Shown here: positions 1 to 7,489 of the stretch, piece by piece
How the letters are laid out: each line of letters opens with the position of its first letter
How positions within the stretch are numbered: the first letter of the stretch is position 1
Source of the DNA: Candidatus Nanopusillus sp.
GTDB taxonomy: Archaea; Nanobdellota; Nanobdellia; Nanobdellales; Nanobdellaceae
NCBI GenBank assembly: GCA_028275885.1
Contig: JAPWTW010000005.1
Span: 1 to 32,000 of the forward strand
Direction: 5' to 3'
Length of the DNA: 32,000 nucleotides
Notes under the pieces: model-generated
The model's database searches: none
What the model was told of the DNA's origin: nothing
What the model saw: the letters and a program-made list of their open reading frames with translations, nothing else
Translations under genes and position numbers: made by a program

Positions 1-356
1 CAATAAATGGACAAACATATTATATAATAGATGCTAATAAAATAAATGAAGCAAATATAGCAGGATTTTATACATATAAAGAATGGGTACCTAACTTTGT
101 AGCAGCAATGAACACACCAGGAACATACGCAGCAGGACTACCAGGAAATTCTCCAGTATTCCAATGGGAAAACTTAACAGGAACTGTAGCGTACCAAACA
201 AAGGTATATGGAGAATATGGACCATTTCCTGGAGGGGCCGTACTAGTACAGTCCAATAGAACTATAATTCCATATGGAGTAAATACCAATATTCCTGCAG
301 GTACATACTTATCGAGTTTTTATGCTCCTCAGCAAGTATACAATTCTTCTAGATAA
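1..356 (+). CDS. 3' end of a larger secreted/surface-protein gene (5' part lies off the left edge)
   Basis: Frame 3 is open from nt 3 to the TAA at 354-356. Hand translation of 3-107 gives INGQTYYIIDANKINEANIAGFYTYKEWVPNFVAA with no stop, so track ORF 108..356 is only the Met-delimited tail. The product is Gly/Pro/Thr/Tyr/Asn-rich and the DNA is visibly GC-richer than its surroundings. It contains PGNSP, which also occurs in the neighbouring 851-aa protein. No family recognised. Confidence 0.5.
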   Translation, partial: INGQTYYIIDANKINEANIAGFYTYKEWVPNFVAAMNTPGTYAAGLPGNSPVFQWENLTGTVAYQTKVYGEYGPFPGGAVLVQSNRTIIPYGVNTNIPAGTYLSSFYAPQQVYNSSR

Positions 357-371
357 TTTTTTTGACAATTT

Positions 372-2927
372 TTACGATACACTTATAACATAGGGAACTC
401 CATAAGTAACTATAACCCAATCCAAATACATATAACCTGATCCACCTCCCGAGCCTGCTGAAATGAACAAATAAGGATTCTCACTATTATACATGCTTGC
501 GATATCTTGTAAATAATTTATAGTAAGAGAATTTGAAAGACTACTATAATATTCTTCAGAACCAAATGTTCCTGGTATAAAGTTGTTATTATTTACCTCA
601 CTCCATGTAAATGGTAAATATTTATTCAGAGCTTCTTGGGGATTTGCTGGTTGATTAAACGCCGTATTATATGCATTTATGTATGATTGTATGAATATTG
701 GTTCTCCAGTTATTGTATTTGTAGATGCTGGTGGGTTTGGTGGTATTGCATATGCACTACATGTAGAACATCCAAATAATCCGCAGTTACATTCCCAACT
801 ATATTTTTCTGAAGCAAGTGAATAATTAAATATATTTCCATTCATTAAGAAAAATATATTTATATTATTGTTATTACCGGTCTGAAACCAATTATATAAC
901 CAAAACACACCATATTGATAATATTGTTGATTATTTTTCTGATTAGGTGGCATAAATGGGAAATAGTCTTCTCCTTTATATCCTTTTATATTTCCAGTAT
1001 TATCCTCTACAAAGAAATATTTTAAACTAGGACAACCCAAAGGGCATGTAAAACTATATGAAGTATCCCATCCAGATCCTGAATAATAATAATCATAATA
1101 TCCACTTGGATTTGGATTTTTTGTATATTGTGTAGTTAAAAAATATCCTAAAGTATTATTATATTGCAATATCCCAACATAATAACCAGGACTATTTCCT
1201 GGTTCTGCACCCACAAATTTCCAACCATATTCATACATAAACATTGGAAAATTAAGTGGTAAATATGTTTCTTCCCCAACCCATATTCCTATTCCTATAT
1301 ATTTATTTCCAACTTGATTTTTAAGATTATAATTATTATAATAATTTACAGTATTTATATTTAAATTACCATTATCTGTAATATATGATAATACTACTGC
1401 ATGTGAAACATAAGGGCTAGGATATAAACAATCTATATTTATTCTAGAAAAGCAAGAATCTTCCCATGGTATTCCAGAAAAGTATACAAATGTTTGTAAT
1501 CCCAATCCATTTTGTGATTTAGATAATCTATAAAATGTATTTTTTAAAATATCAGATGTAATTAATGCATAAGATCCTTGATTTGTTCCATTAACCATTA
1601 ATAATCCTTGAAAAGGTCTATCAATTACAATACCTATATTAGCAGTTCCATTTAAATAAATATTTACATTATTATATGGAGGTAATATATCATTAAATTG
1701 TAAATTTTGATAACATACTTTATATTTACTATAATCACAATTATCCGAAGGTATCATCTCTACCCAATATGCATTATTATCTTGATATGGATAAAAATTT
1801 ACATATATTGGAAATACATTTAATCCATTATCATATATAACTGCTGAATATGGATTATTTGGATCTAATGCATAAGGATCACCTCCAATTGTTCCATTTA
1901 AATATGGTAATAAATTTTTATCACTAAATCCAACAAATAATGATATAATATTACAACCAAAATTATTATTATATAATGAAGGAATATTTAATAGATTAAT
2001 GAAGAAATAATAATTCCCATTATATTTTCCAGCATACCATGAAGGTAATGCATAATATTTACCATTATAATTAAGTAAAAATACAACATTATCCCCAACA
2101 TATGGAGAATTTTGAATATAATTACTTAAAGGAGGACCAATTACAACTAATATATTTTGAAAATCATCCATAGAATATCCTCCTTTATTTGATAAAGGTA
2201 TAGCTAAATATGTTCCATTAATTATTTTTATATTTACTGTATAATCATAATATTTAGAATTTGGATAAGAATTTCCTAATAAAGATATTGCTGGAGTTAT
2301 ATTTATATATAAAGGTTTATCTAAATAGAAATTTTGTATATTTTGACTTTTATCTGATTTACATAATATACAAAAATATATAAAACTACCTGCCTGATAT
2401 TTTATACGATTATTTCCAACAATACTACATTCATATTTATTTCCTTGATATGTATATATAACATTATTTCCTTCATAAGTATTATTTGATAAACTAATTA
2501 CAGATTCTAATTCAACATTATTTAATGAACTTATATCAAAAGATGTTGAAATAATATTTATTATATTTTCAGGATTTATTTTTAATATATTATTACTATT
2601 ATTAACTCCACTATAAATATTTGTAATATTATAATATATATTCCAATTATTTTGATCTTCAATAAATGATTGAACATATTTTATATCAAATCCATTCTGA
2701 TAATATATACTTACCATAATTGTTGAATTTATGGTATTAAAATTATTGTTTTGGTTGTTTTGATTATTTTGGTTTTGTATTGAAATATAATATTGAGATG
2801 GATTATTAATATGATAATATTTAAATATTGAAGTTAAAATAAATATAATTCCTGCAAGGATTATAATAAATATTGGAAGATAATAACCTATAAAAAGCAT
2901 GAGACTATCAAAAATTTTTCCTCTCAT
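372..2927 (-). CDS. Large (851 aa) N-terminally anchored, Asn/Tyr-rich, Cys-paired extracellular protein; possible lectin-fold (DUF2341/LamG-like) C-terminus; function unknown
   Basis: A long uninterrupted ORF in a stop-codon-rich AT genome. It starts MRGK followed by ~25 hydrophobic residues. It has a (QNN)n linker, about eleven N-x-S/T sequons by my count, and 14 Cys in seven close pairs. The C-terminal GYMYLDWVIVTYGVPYVISVS resembles the terminal strand of DUF2341/concanavalin-like modules. The start overlaps the stop of the upstream mini-pilin ORF (ATGA). Confidence 0.8.
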   Translation of the reverse strand: MRGKIFDSLMLFIGYYLPIFIIILAGIIFILTSIFKYYHINNPSQYYISIQNQNNQNNQNNNFNTINSTIMVSIYYQNGFDIKYVQSFIEDQNNWNIYYNITNIYSGVNNSNNILKINPENIINIISTSFDISSLNNVELESVISLSNNTYEGNNVIYTYQGNKYECSIVGNNRIKYQAGSFIYFCILCKSDKSQNIQNFYLDKPLYINITPAISLLGNSYPNSKYYDYTVNIKIINGTYLAIPLSNKGGYSMDDFQNILVVIGPPLSNYIQNSPYVGDNVVFLLNYNGKYYALPSWYAGKYNGNYYFFINLLNIPSLYNNNFGCNIISLFVGFSDKNLLPYLNGTIGGDPYALDPNNPYSAVIYDNGLNVFPIYVNFYPYQDNNAYWVEMIPSDNCDYSKYKVCYQNLQFNDILPPYNNVNIYLNGTANIGIVIDRPFQGLLMVNGTNQGSYALITSDILKNTFYRLSKSQNGLGLQTFVYFSGIPWEDSCFSRINIDCLYPSPYVSHAVVLSYITDNGNLNINTVNYYNNYNLKNQVGNKYIGIGIWVGEETYLPLNFPMFMYEYGWKFVGAEPGNSPGYYVGILQYNNTLGYFLTTQYTKNPNPSGYYDYYYSGSGWDTSYSFTCPLGCPSLKYFFVEDNTGNIKGYKGEDYFPFMPPNQKNNQQYYQYGVFWLYNWFQTGNNNNINIFFLMNGNIFNYSLASEKYSWECNCGLFGCSTCSAYAIPPNPPASTNTITGEPIFIQSYINAYNTAFNQPANPQEALNKYLPFTWSEVNNNNFIPGTFGSEEYYSSLSNSLTINYLQDIASMYNSENPYLFISAGSGGGSGYMYLDWVIVTYGVPYVISVS

Positions 2928-3112
2928 TTTATTAGATCAGAAATTGGTTGATTTGTAACATTATTAAAGCTATTATTAATGAAATTAAATGACTGATTTG
3001 ATGCTATATTTCCACCTAAAAATATTTTATATCCAAACATAACTGCCAAAATTAATATGATCAGTGCAATAACTAGAATAATTACTATATCTATTGATAT
3101 ACTATTTTTCAT
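2924..3112 (-). CDS. Mini type-IV-pilin-like protein (62 aa): basic N-terminus, one hydrophobic helix, glycosylation-sequon-rich tail
   Basis: The N-terminus MKNS is followed by ISIDIVIILVIALIILILAVMF. The Asn/Gln/Ser tail carries NQS, NNS and NVT sequons. The ORF is paralogous in architecture to 9422..9628 and 9681..9866. A TATA-like TTTATAAT lies at -30..-23. The stop overlaps the start of the 851-aa ORF. Confidence 0.6.
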   Translation of the reverse strand: MKNSISIDIVIILVIALIILILAVMFGYKIFLGGNIASNQSFNFINNSFNNVTNQPISDLIK

Positions 3113-3134
3113 ATATATCTAAAAAATTTCATTA

Positions 3135-3142
3135 ATTATAAA
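3135..3142 (-). promoter_or_regulatory. TATA-box candidate for the mini-pilin/851-aa operon
   Basis: The minus-strand 8-mer TTTATAAT occupies -30..-23 relative to the ATG at 3112, the same phase seen at most operon-leading genes in this window. AT-rich background limits specificity. Confidence 0.4.
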
Positions 3143-3430
3143 TTTTATTGAAAAACCTCTTTCTATAATAATACAATATTATTGAATAAATTAAAAAGAA
3201 CATAGTATGAATGAAAATATTACAAAAAATAAATTATAAATTATCTTAAACTTTCTTATATAATAAAATTATATATTTCTGAAGTTATTTCAAACAATTT
3301 TGAATATGAACTTCTTAATACATTTTCACAATTTATTTAGGTATTATTAATAGTGCAGAAATATGATAATAAACTATTTATTAAAACAAAAATTGAGAAT
3401 ATTGCCAATAAAATTAAATATAAAACAATA

Positions 3431-3438
3431 TTTATAAA
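3431..3438 (+). promoter_or_regulatory. TATA-box candidate for the 3460 gene
   Basis: TTTATAAA lies at -29..-22 from the ATG at 3460, preceded by an A-rich BRE-like run (AAAACAATA). Confidence 0.4.
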
Positions 3439-3459
3439 TTTTTGAATAAATAAACAAAA

Positions 3460-4017
3460 ATGGAGAAATATTACTATTTATCATTTGAAAAAGAAGAAAT
3501 TAACAAAAAAATAAAATTAGAAAATGAAGATCCATTGTTTATTATTAATTATAATCCATTAATATATTCAATAAGGTATACATTCTCATTACTTTTACTT
3601 TTCTTTATATATTTAGTTATGTTTTTCATTTCACAATCTTATAATGTACACGTAGTATATTTTTTTCTATTATTTTTTATTGCTTCAATTTTATTTTATA
3701 TTGTTTTTAAATACTATGAAACAGCAAAAAACTATTATGTGATATTTACAAATAAAAGATTAATACTACTTGTAAATGAAAATATTAGATCAATAGAAAA
3801 TTCATATATAAACAACATAGAAATATTTCAAAGTTTGTACGAAAGAATTAAGGGTTTATATGCAATAAAAATTTATACCCATACACTTTTATTAAACAAA
3901 AATTTAAGTTTAACAATTGAATTGCCATTACTTAAAAAGGAGGATATGGAAAAAATAAGAGAAATTATTATAAATAATATATCTAAGAAGCCTGAGCAGG
4001 CGAAACCTGCTCCTTAA
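3460..4017 (+). CDS. Membrane protein with two TM helices followed by a bacterial-PH (bPH_2/DUF304, YdbS/YdbT-like) domain
   Basis: Two hydrophobic helices (IRYTFSLLLLFFIYLVMFFI, VVYFFLLFFIASILFYIVF) are followed by YYVIFTNKRLILLVNENIRSIENSYINNIEIFQSLYERIKGLYAIKIYT. This matches my memory of the bPH_2 pattern Y.iT..Rl......ip...I..vei.qs...R..Gl..l.i.t. Confidence 0.6.
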   Translation: MEKYYYLSFEKEEINKKIKLENEDPLFIINYNPLIYSIRYTFSLLLLFFIYLVMFFISQSYNVHVVYFFLLFFIASILFYIVFKYYETAKNYYVIFTNKRLILLVNENIRSIENSYINNIEIFQSLYERIKGLYAIKIYTHTLLLNKNLSLTIELPLLKKEDMEKIREIIINNISKKPEQAKPAP

Positions 4018-4306
4018 ATTTTTCTAAATGTACTGGATGAACAATTATAACTTTTTCTTTTCCTTTATCATTTACTAAAACTTCATAACATCTTCCTCTC
4101 TTTCCCAAAATTATTCCAATCATTCCATGATATTTTGGATGAGGCATTGTTTTATTATATGAAGGATCAATCTTTATTACAACTTTATCATTTATATTAA
4201 ATTCTTGTAATATTTTCCTTATTTTTATTTTACCATGTTCCCTTACATTTAATGATAATTTATCCCTTGTTTTTCTTCTAGAACCTTTTCCCTTTCTTGC
4301 AGTCAT
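3983..4306 (-). CDS. rpl21e: 50S ribosomal protein L21e (eL21)
   Basis: GKGSRRKTRDKLS...GKIKIRKILQEFNINDKVVIKIDPSYNKTMPHPKYHGMIGIILGKRGRCYEVLV matches the L21e SH3-like signature (dps..kGMPh..yhG.tG.v). Neighbouring rpoF and DUF655 genes match the usual archaeal gene cluster. Confidence 0.9.
   Translation of the reverse strand: MTARKGKGSRRKTRDKLSLNVREHGKIKIRKILQEFNINDKVVIKIDPSYNKTMPHPKYHGMIGIILGKRGRCYEVLVNDKGKEKVIIVHPVHLEKFKEQVSPAQAS
3994..4012. other. GC-rich perfect hairpin (7-bp stem GAGCAGG/CCTGCTC, loop CGAAA) inside the 35-nt overlap of two convergent CDS
   Basis: Read directly: GAGCAGG at 3994-4000, CGAAA at 4001-4005, CCTGCTC at 4006-4012. It sits between the L21e stop (3983-3985) and the stop of the 3460 gene (4015-4017). 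It may act as a bidirectional 3'-end element. Confidence 0.4.
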
Positions 4307-4328
4307 TAAATTAAAAGTTCATGATATA

Positions 4329-4336
4329 TTTTTAAA
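4329..4336. promoter_or_regulatory. Single central TATA box shared by divergent rpl21e and rpoF (bidirectional promoter candidate)
   Basis: TTTTTAAA at 4329-4336 lies at -30..-23 from the + ATG (4359) and at -23..-30 from the - ATG (4306). The two ATGs are 53 nt apart. Confidence 0.45.
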
Positions 4337-4358
4337 TAATATTTAAAAAGATATATAA

Positions 4359-4676
4359 ATGGAAGTACTGAATAAAAAGATTATAACACCTGCAAATGTT
4401 AAAAATATATTACTAAAAAATAAAGAAAGGAGAAATTTATTATATATAGAAGAAAGAACATTAAAATTCCTTAATGATACATATAAATTGGATGAAAATA
4501 AAGAAAAAGAAATATTAGAAGAATTAAAAGATATAAATTTACCTGATGAAGTAAAAATACAAATATTGGAATTTTTACCAAAAAATGAAGAAGAATTAAG
4601 AACAGTATTATACACACATACTTTAAGCAAACAAGATATGGAAAAAATATTAAATGTAATAAAAAAATATGGATAA
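4359..4676 (+). CDS. rpoF: DNA-directed RNA polymerase subunit F (Rpo4/RpoF, Rpb4 homologue)
   Basis: The size is right (105 aa). The helical pattern ...EILEELKDINLPDEVKIQILEFLPKNEEELRTVL....LSKQDMEKILNVIKKY resembles archaeal RpoF (..dllP.d..ELR.i......s.ee...IL..i..y). Conserved L21e-RpoF-DUF655 neighbourhood. Confidence 0.75.
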   Translation: MEVLNKKIITPANVKNILLKNKERRNLLYIEERTLKFLNDTYKLDENKEKEILEELKDINLPDEVKIQILEFLPKNEEELRTVLYTHTLSKQDMEKILNVIKKYG

Positions 4677-5208
4677 AAAAGAGGAGTATGCAATTGTAAT
4701 ATATTATTTACCCGGAGGTGACCCCACAAAAAATATAAAAGAGCCAGTAGTATATACTGTAGGGAAAGATTATTTTACATTATTATTATTAACATTAAAA
4801 CCTGGTGTTAAAGTAAATTTATTTGAAGAATTATATATTGGAAATAAACAAAGGGATAAAGTAAGATCTATATTAAAAAGATTATCATTTGATGAATTAC
4901 CAGAAATTGCAAAAGCAAATTTAGAAAAAGCAATAAAAGATTTAATAGCAAAAAATGAGAAAAAATTTGTAGAATTTTTTAATAAAGCTGGCCCATTAAA
5001 TATTAGAATTCATTCATTAGAATTATTACCAGATATTGGAAAAGTAACTGTACAAAAAATTATTGAAGAAAGACAGAAAAAACCATTTGAATCATTTAAA
5101 GATATTGAAGAAAGAATAAGGGGAATTAAAAATGTACAAAATATAATTTATGAAAGAATAATTAGAGAATTATCTGGAAAAGAAAAGATAAAATTATTCA
5201 CTATCTAA
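4669..5208 (+). CDS. DUF655-family protein (OB-like N-domain plus helix-hairpin-helix; putative RNA/DNA-binding)
   Basis: EEYAIVIYYLPGG...VYTVGKDYFTLLLL..KPGV...LSFDELPEIAKANLEKAIKDLIAKNEKKFVEFFNKAGPLNIRIHSLELLPDIGKVTVQKIIEERQKKPFESFKDIEERI matches the DUF655 consensus as I remember it (a.VLDyLp.G, FtLLE, nE.rFv.FfN.A.p.t.r.H.LeLLPgIGkk). The start overlaps the rpoF 3' end by 8 nt. Confidence 0.8.
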   Translation: MDKKEEYAIVIYYLPGGDPTKNIKEPVVYTVGKDYFTLLLLTLKPGVKVNLFEELYIGNKQRDKVRSILKRLSFDELPEIAKANLEKAIKDLIAKNEKKFVEFFNKAGPLNIRIHSLELLPDIGKVTVQKIIEERQKKPFESFKDIEERIRGIKNVQNIIYERIIRELSGKEKIKLFTI

Positions 5209-5469
5209 GCTTATATTATTCATTTTTGCTTTTATCTTTAAATATTTCTCATAATTCGTTAATTCAATATTACTCTTTTCCTTTATATTAATTAATAATA
5301 ATTGTTTCATAAATTTCTTCCATTTTCTTTTATTCATTGTAACATTTCTTAAATGAGATTTCATTAAATGTTTACTATACTTTTTACTATTTACAAATAT
5401 ATGACCACATAATGGACATTTAAATATTTCCCTTCCATTTCTACCAATTTCTTTTATAGCATGCAGCAT
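5194..5469 (-). CDS. Small C2H2 zinc-finger protein
   Basis: FKCPLCGHIFVNSKKYSKHLMKSH is a textbook C-x2-C-x3-F-x5-[LY]-x2-H-x4-H finger, followed by a Lys-rich tail. TATA-like TTTTTAAA lies at -30..-23 (5492-5499). It overlaps the DUF655 3' end convergently by 15 nt. Confidence 0.6.
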   Translation of the reverse strand: MLHAIKEIGRNGREIFKCPLCGHIFVNSKKYSKHLMKSHLRNVTMNKRKWKKFMKQLLLINIKEKSNIELTNYEKYLKIKAKMNNISLDSE

Positions 5470-5499
5470 TTTTTATATATTTATAATAACCTTTAAAAA

Positions 5500-6174
5500 T
5501 TATTTATTTTGAACCAAAAACATTGAATGATCAATATGATATGGCTCCAATCTTACTTCTTTTATTATCTTTAATCCATAATCTTCCAATTCTTTTCTTA
5601 CTTCTTTAAATATTTCTTTTGGATCTTTAGATACATCAATTGATCTTGCCTTTACAGCCAAAAATCCATATCCCTTATTCTTTAAATAATATTCAATATT
5701 TTTAATAAATATTTTTACCTGATGTGGTTGTGCAACATCTTGATATATTAAATCAACCTTTGTAACAATATGTAAATACTCCCATGGCTTATCAGCATCT
5801 GCCAATATTCCAATAATATTTTTTCTATCATATAATACTGGAACTAGATCTCTCAATATTCTTGAAGAAATATCTACACCAAATATTAATCCATTTTTAT
5901 CAATTATATCAGAAATATGGGATGCTGTTGTACCAGAAGCAATACCTAAATATAATATTTTATCACCTTTATTAATTGGCACTTCTCCAATATTTTTCTT
6001 AATTGCTGCTGCTAATTTAGATCTATTTGTAATCCATTCTCTATATTCTTCATTATTATATTTTACCAATCTTTCTCCATATACATTTTTTCCAGGTACC
6101 AAATTTTTTGTATATAATTTTCCCTTTTCATCAATAAATATATTTTTATTTTCCTTTAATTGTTTTAATTTCAT
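5500..6174 (-). CDS. flpA: Fibrillarin-like rRNA/tRNA 2'-O-methyltransferase
   Basis: YGERL...EYREWITNRSKLAAAI......KGDKILYLGIASGTTASHISDII...GLIFGVDISSR..RDL.......NIIGILADA.KP..Y..........IYQDVAQP.Q is the fibrillarin signature. ATGA overlap with upstream nop5. Confidence 0.95.
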   Translation of the reverse strand: MKLKQLKENKNIFIDEKGKLYTKNLVPGKNVYGERLVKYNNEEYREWITNRSKLAAAIKKNIGEVPINKGDKILYLGIASGTTASHISDIIDKNGLIFGVDISSRILRDLVPVLYDRKNIIGILADADKPWEYLHIVTKVDLIYQDVAQPHQVKIFIKNIEYYLKNKGYGFLAVKARSIDVSKDPKEIFKEVRKELEDYGLKIIKEVRLEPYHIDHSMFLVQNK

Positions 6175-7154
6175 TTTTCATATAATTCCCTAAACCTTTT
6201 ATCCAATTCTTCCTTCAATTTCTGATATATTGTCCTTCCACTTAAATCTGCTTTTACTGCAATAGATATTTTTGATGCCAATGTCCTAGCCATTGCTCCC
6301 CTTCTTTTTGGAGGTAATTTTTGTAAATATGGATGATTAAATATTACACCATGTTTTGGAGGTTTTATACCTTTAGATAAATGCAAAAATAATGCTTTTT
6401 CTGCACCTAAAACCTGTATTGTTGAAGAAGGTAATAATGATAATTCCTTTAATCCACCTGCCAATAATATTAATCTTGCACCTATTTTTGGAGTAGCAAT
6501 TTCTGATAAATTTGGAGCAATTTCTTTCATTAATTTTTCAATATAATCTTCCAAATCTTTTCTTAAATCATATAACTCCTTTATTTTTAATGATATTTTA
6601 TTCATTATTTCCAAATCTTCTTTTTTAAATATTTTTCCACCCATTGTTTTATTAATATTGTACTTTTTCATTAATTCTTCTCTATCAGAATTTATAATTG
6701 TTCTTATAAATTTCTCATGATCTTCAATTTCTTGTGAAATTTCTGGAAAATATAATCCATACCATTCCCTAAATCTTTCCATAAATAAATTTAATGATTT
6801 ATTTAAATCATCAAGAAAACTTATTGCCTGAATTATTATTTCATCTCTACTTATTGAATCTGATATTTGTTCTTTTAATAAATCAATAAATAATTTATTA
6901 TCAATCTTCTCTTCTCCAATTTTTTCCAATGCCTTTCTTATTATACTTGTATCTTCTGTATACTTATATCCATCAAATTTTTGTCCAATAAAAATATCAT
7001 TTTCTTTTATATAACTTTTTAACTTTTCTGGTAACTTGTTTTTATATATTTCCTTTAAATCATCCAAATTTAATTCAACATTAATTTTCTGAAAATTTTC
7101 TAAATTATCATCAAATATATATAATCCGTTATATCTCAATAAAACATAGCTCAT
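6171..7154 (-). CDS. nop5: Nop5 (Nop56/58) C/D box snoRNP core protein
   Basis: The NOSIC/Nop domain motifs are present: EWYGLYFPEIS, APNLSEIATPKIGARLILLAGGLKELSLLPSSTIQVLGAEKALFLHL....KPPKHGVIFNHPYL...P...RGAMARTLASKISIA. It lies directly upstream of fibrillarin. Confidence 0.9.
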   Translation of the reverse strand: MSYVLLRYNGLYIFDDNLENFQKINVELNLDDLKEIYKNKLPEKLKSYIKENDIFIGQKFDGYKYTEDTSIIRKALEKIGEEKIDNKLFIDLLKEQISDSISRDEIIIQAISFLDDLNKSLNLFMERFREWYGLYFPEISQEIEDHEKFIRTIINSDREELMKKYNINKTMGGKIFKKEDLEIMNKISLKIKELYDLRKDLEDYIEKLMKEIAPNLSEIATPKIGARLILLAGGLKELSLLPSSTIQVLGAEKALFLHLSKGIKPPKHGVIFNHPYLQKLPPKRRGAMARTLASKISIAVKADLSGRTIYQKLKEELDKRFRELYEK

Positions 7155-7465
7155 TTTATTATCTTTAATGATATTCTAAATCCTTTTGATGGAATTTGCA
7201 TATTTATAAAATAATTTTTGAAAAATCTTTCATCATTTGCAACATCTAAAAATCTTCTATATATTCTTATTTGATATGTTTCATATATTTTTGTACCTCT
7301 TTTTCCCAGTGTTCTCATAGTGGGTATTCTAATTATTTTTGTTGGTAAATTAACAGGACCTCTCTTTTCAATACCTAATTGTTCAATTATTTTTAACAAT
7401 TGATTAGTAAACTTATTCATTGTCTTTAAATCTGTTCCCCACATTTTAATCCTTATCATTGACAT
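7151..7465 (-). CDS. rps10: 30S ribosomal protein S10 (uS10)
   Basis: IRIKMWGTDLKTMNKFTNQLLKIIEQLGIEKRGPVNLPTKIIRIPTMRTLGKRGTKIYETYQIRIYRRFLDV fits the uS10 pattern (RIkl.g.d...ld......i...a...g....GPvpLPTk...........G.G...w..fe.RiHkRlidi). ATGA overlap with nop5. Confidence 0.85.
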   Translation of the reverse strand: MSMIRIKMWGTDLKTMNKFTNQLLKIIEQLGIEKRGPVNLPTKIIRIPTMRTLGKRGTKIYETYQIRIYRRFLDVANDERFFKNYFINMQIPSKGFRISLKIIK

Positions 7466-7489
7466 AAATTGATAATGTATATTATATTT

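Noticed and set aside
68-289. 73-aa minus-strand ORF overlapping the left-edge gene
   Set aside because: The plus-strand frame is open over the whole 3..356 interval (longer, running off the window) and has a coherent surface-protein composition. The minus ORF is most likely its shadow. Residual uncertainty is acknowledged.
2744-2778. Short 9-nt-periodic repeat (ttgttttgg / ttgttttga / ttattttgg) that could be mistaken for a tandem-repeat or CRISPR-like element
   Set aside because: It is simply the coding sequence of the (QNN)n linker QNQNNQNNQNNN in the 851-aa protein. There are only ~3.5 imperfect units and no spacers.
3207-3282. Possible C/D box sRNA (ATGAATGA ... CTGA) in the long spacer, considered because fibrillarin and Nop5 are encoded nearby
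   Set aside because: The C box is non-canonical (AUGAAUGA versus RUGAUGA). I could find no C'/D' boxes and no terminal stem. The ~75-nt spacing is long, and the sequence is almost pure A/T, so chance matches are expected.
4343-4729. 128-aa minus-strand ORF antisense to rpoF
   Set aside because: It is a Phe/Ser/Ile/Asn low-complexity product typical of the antisense frame of an AAA/GAA-rich gene. The plus-strand rpoF and DUF655 calls are supported by family motifs and synteny.
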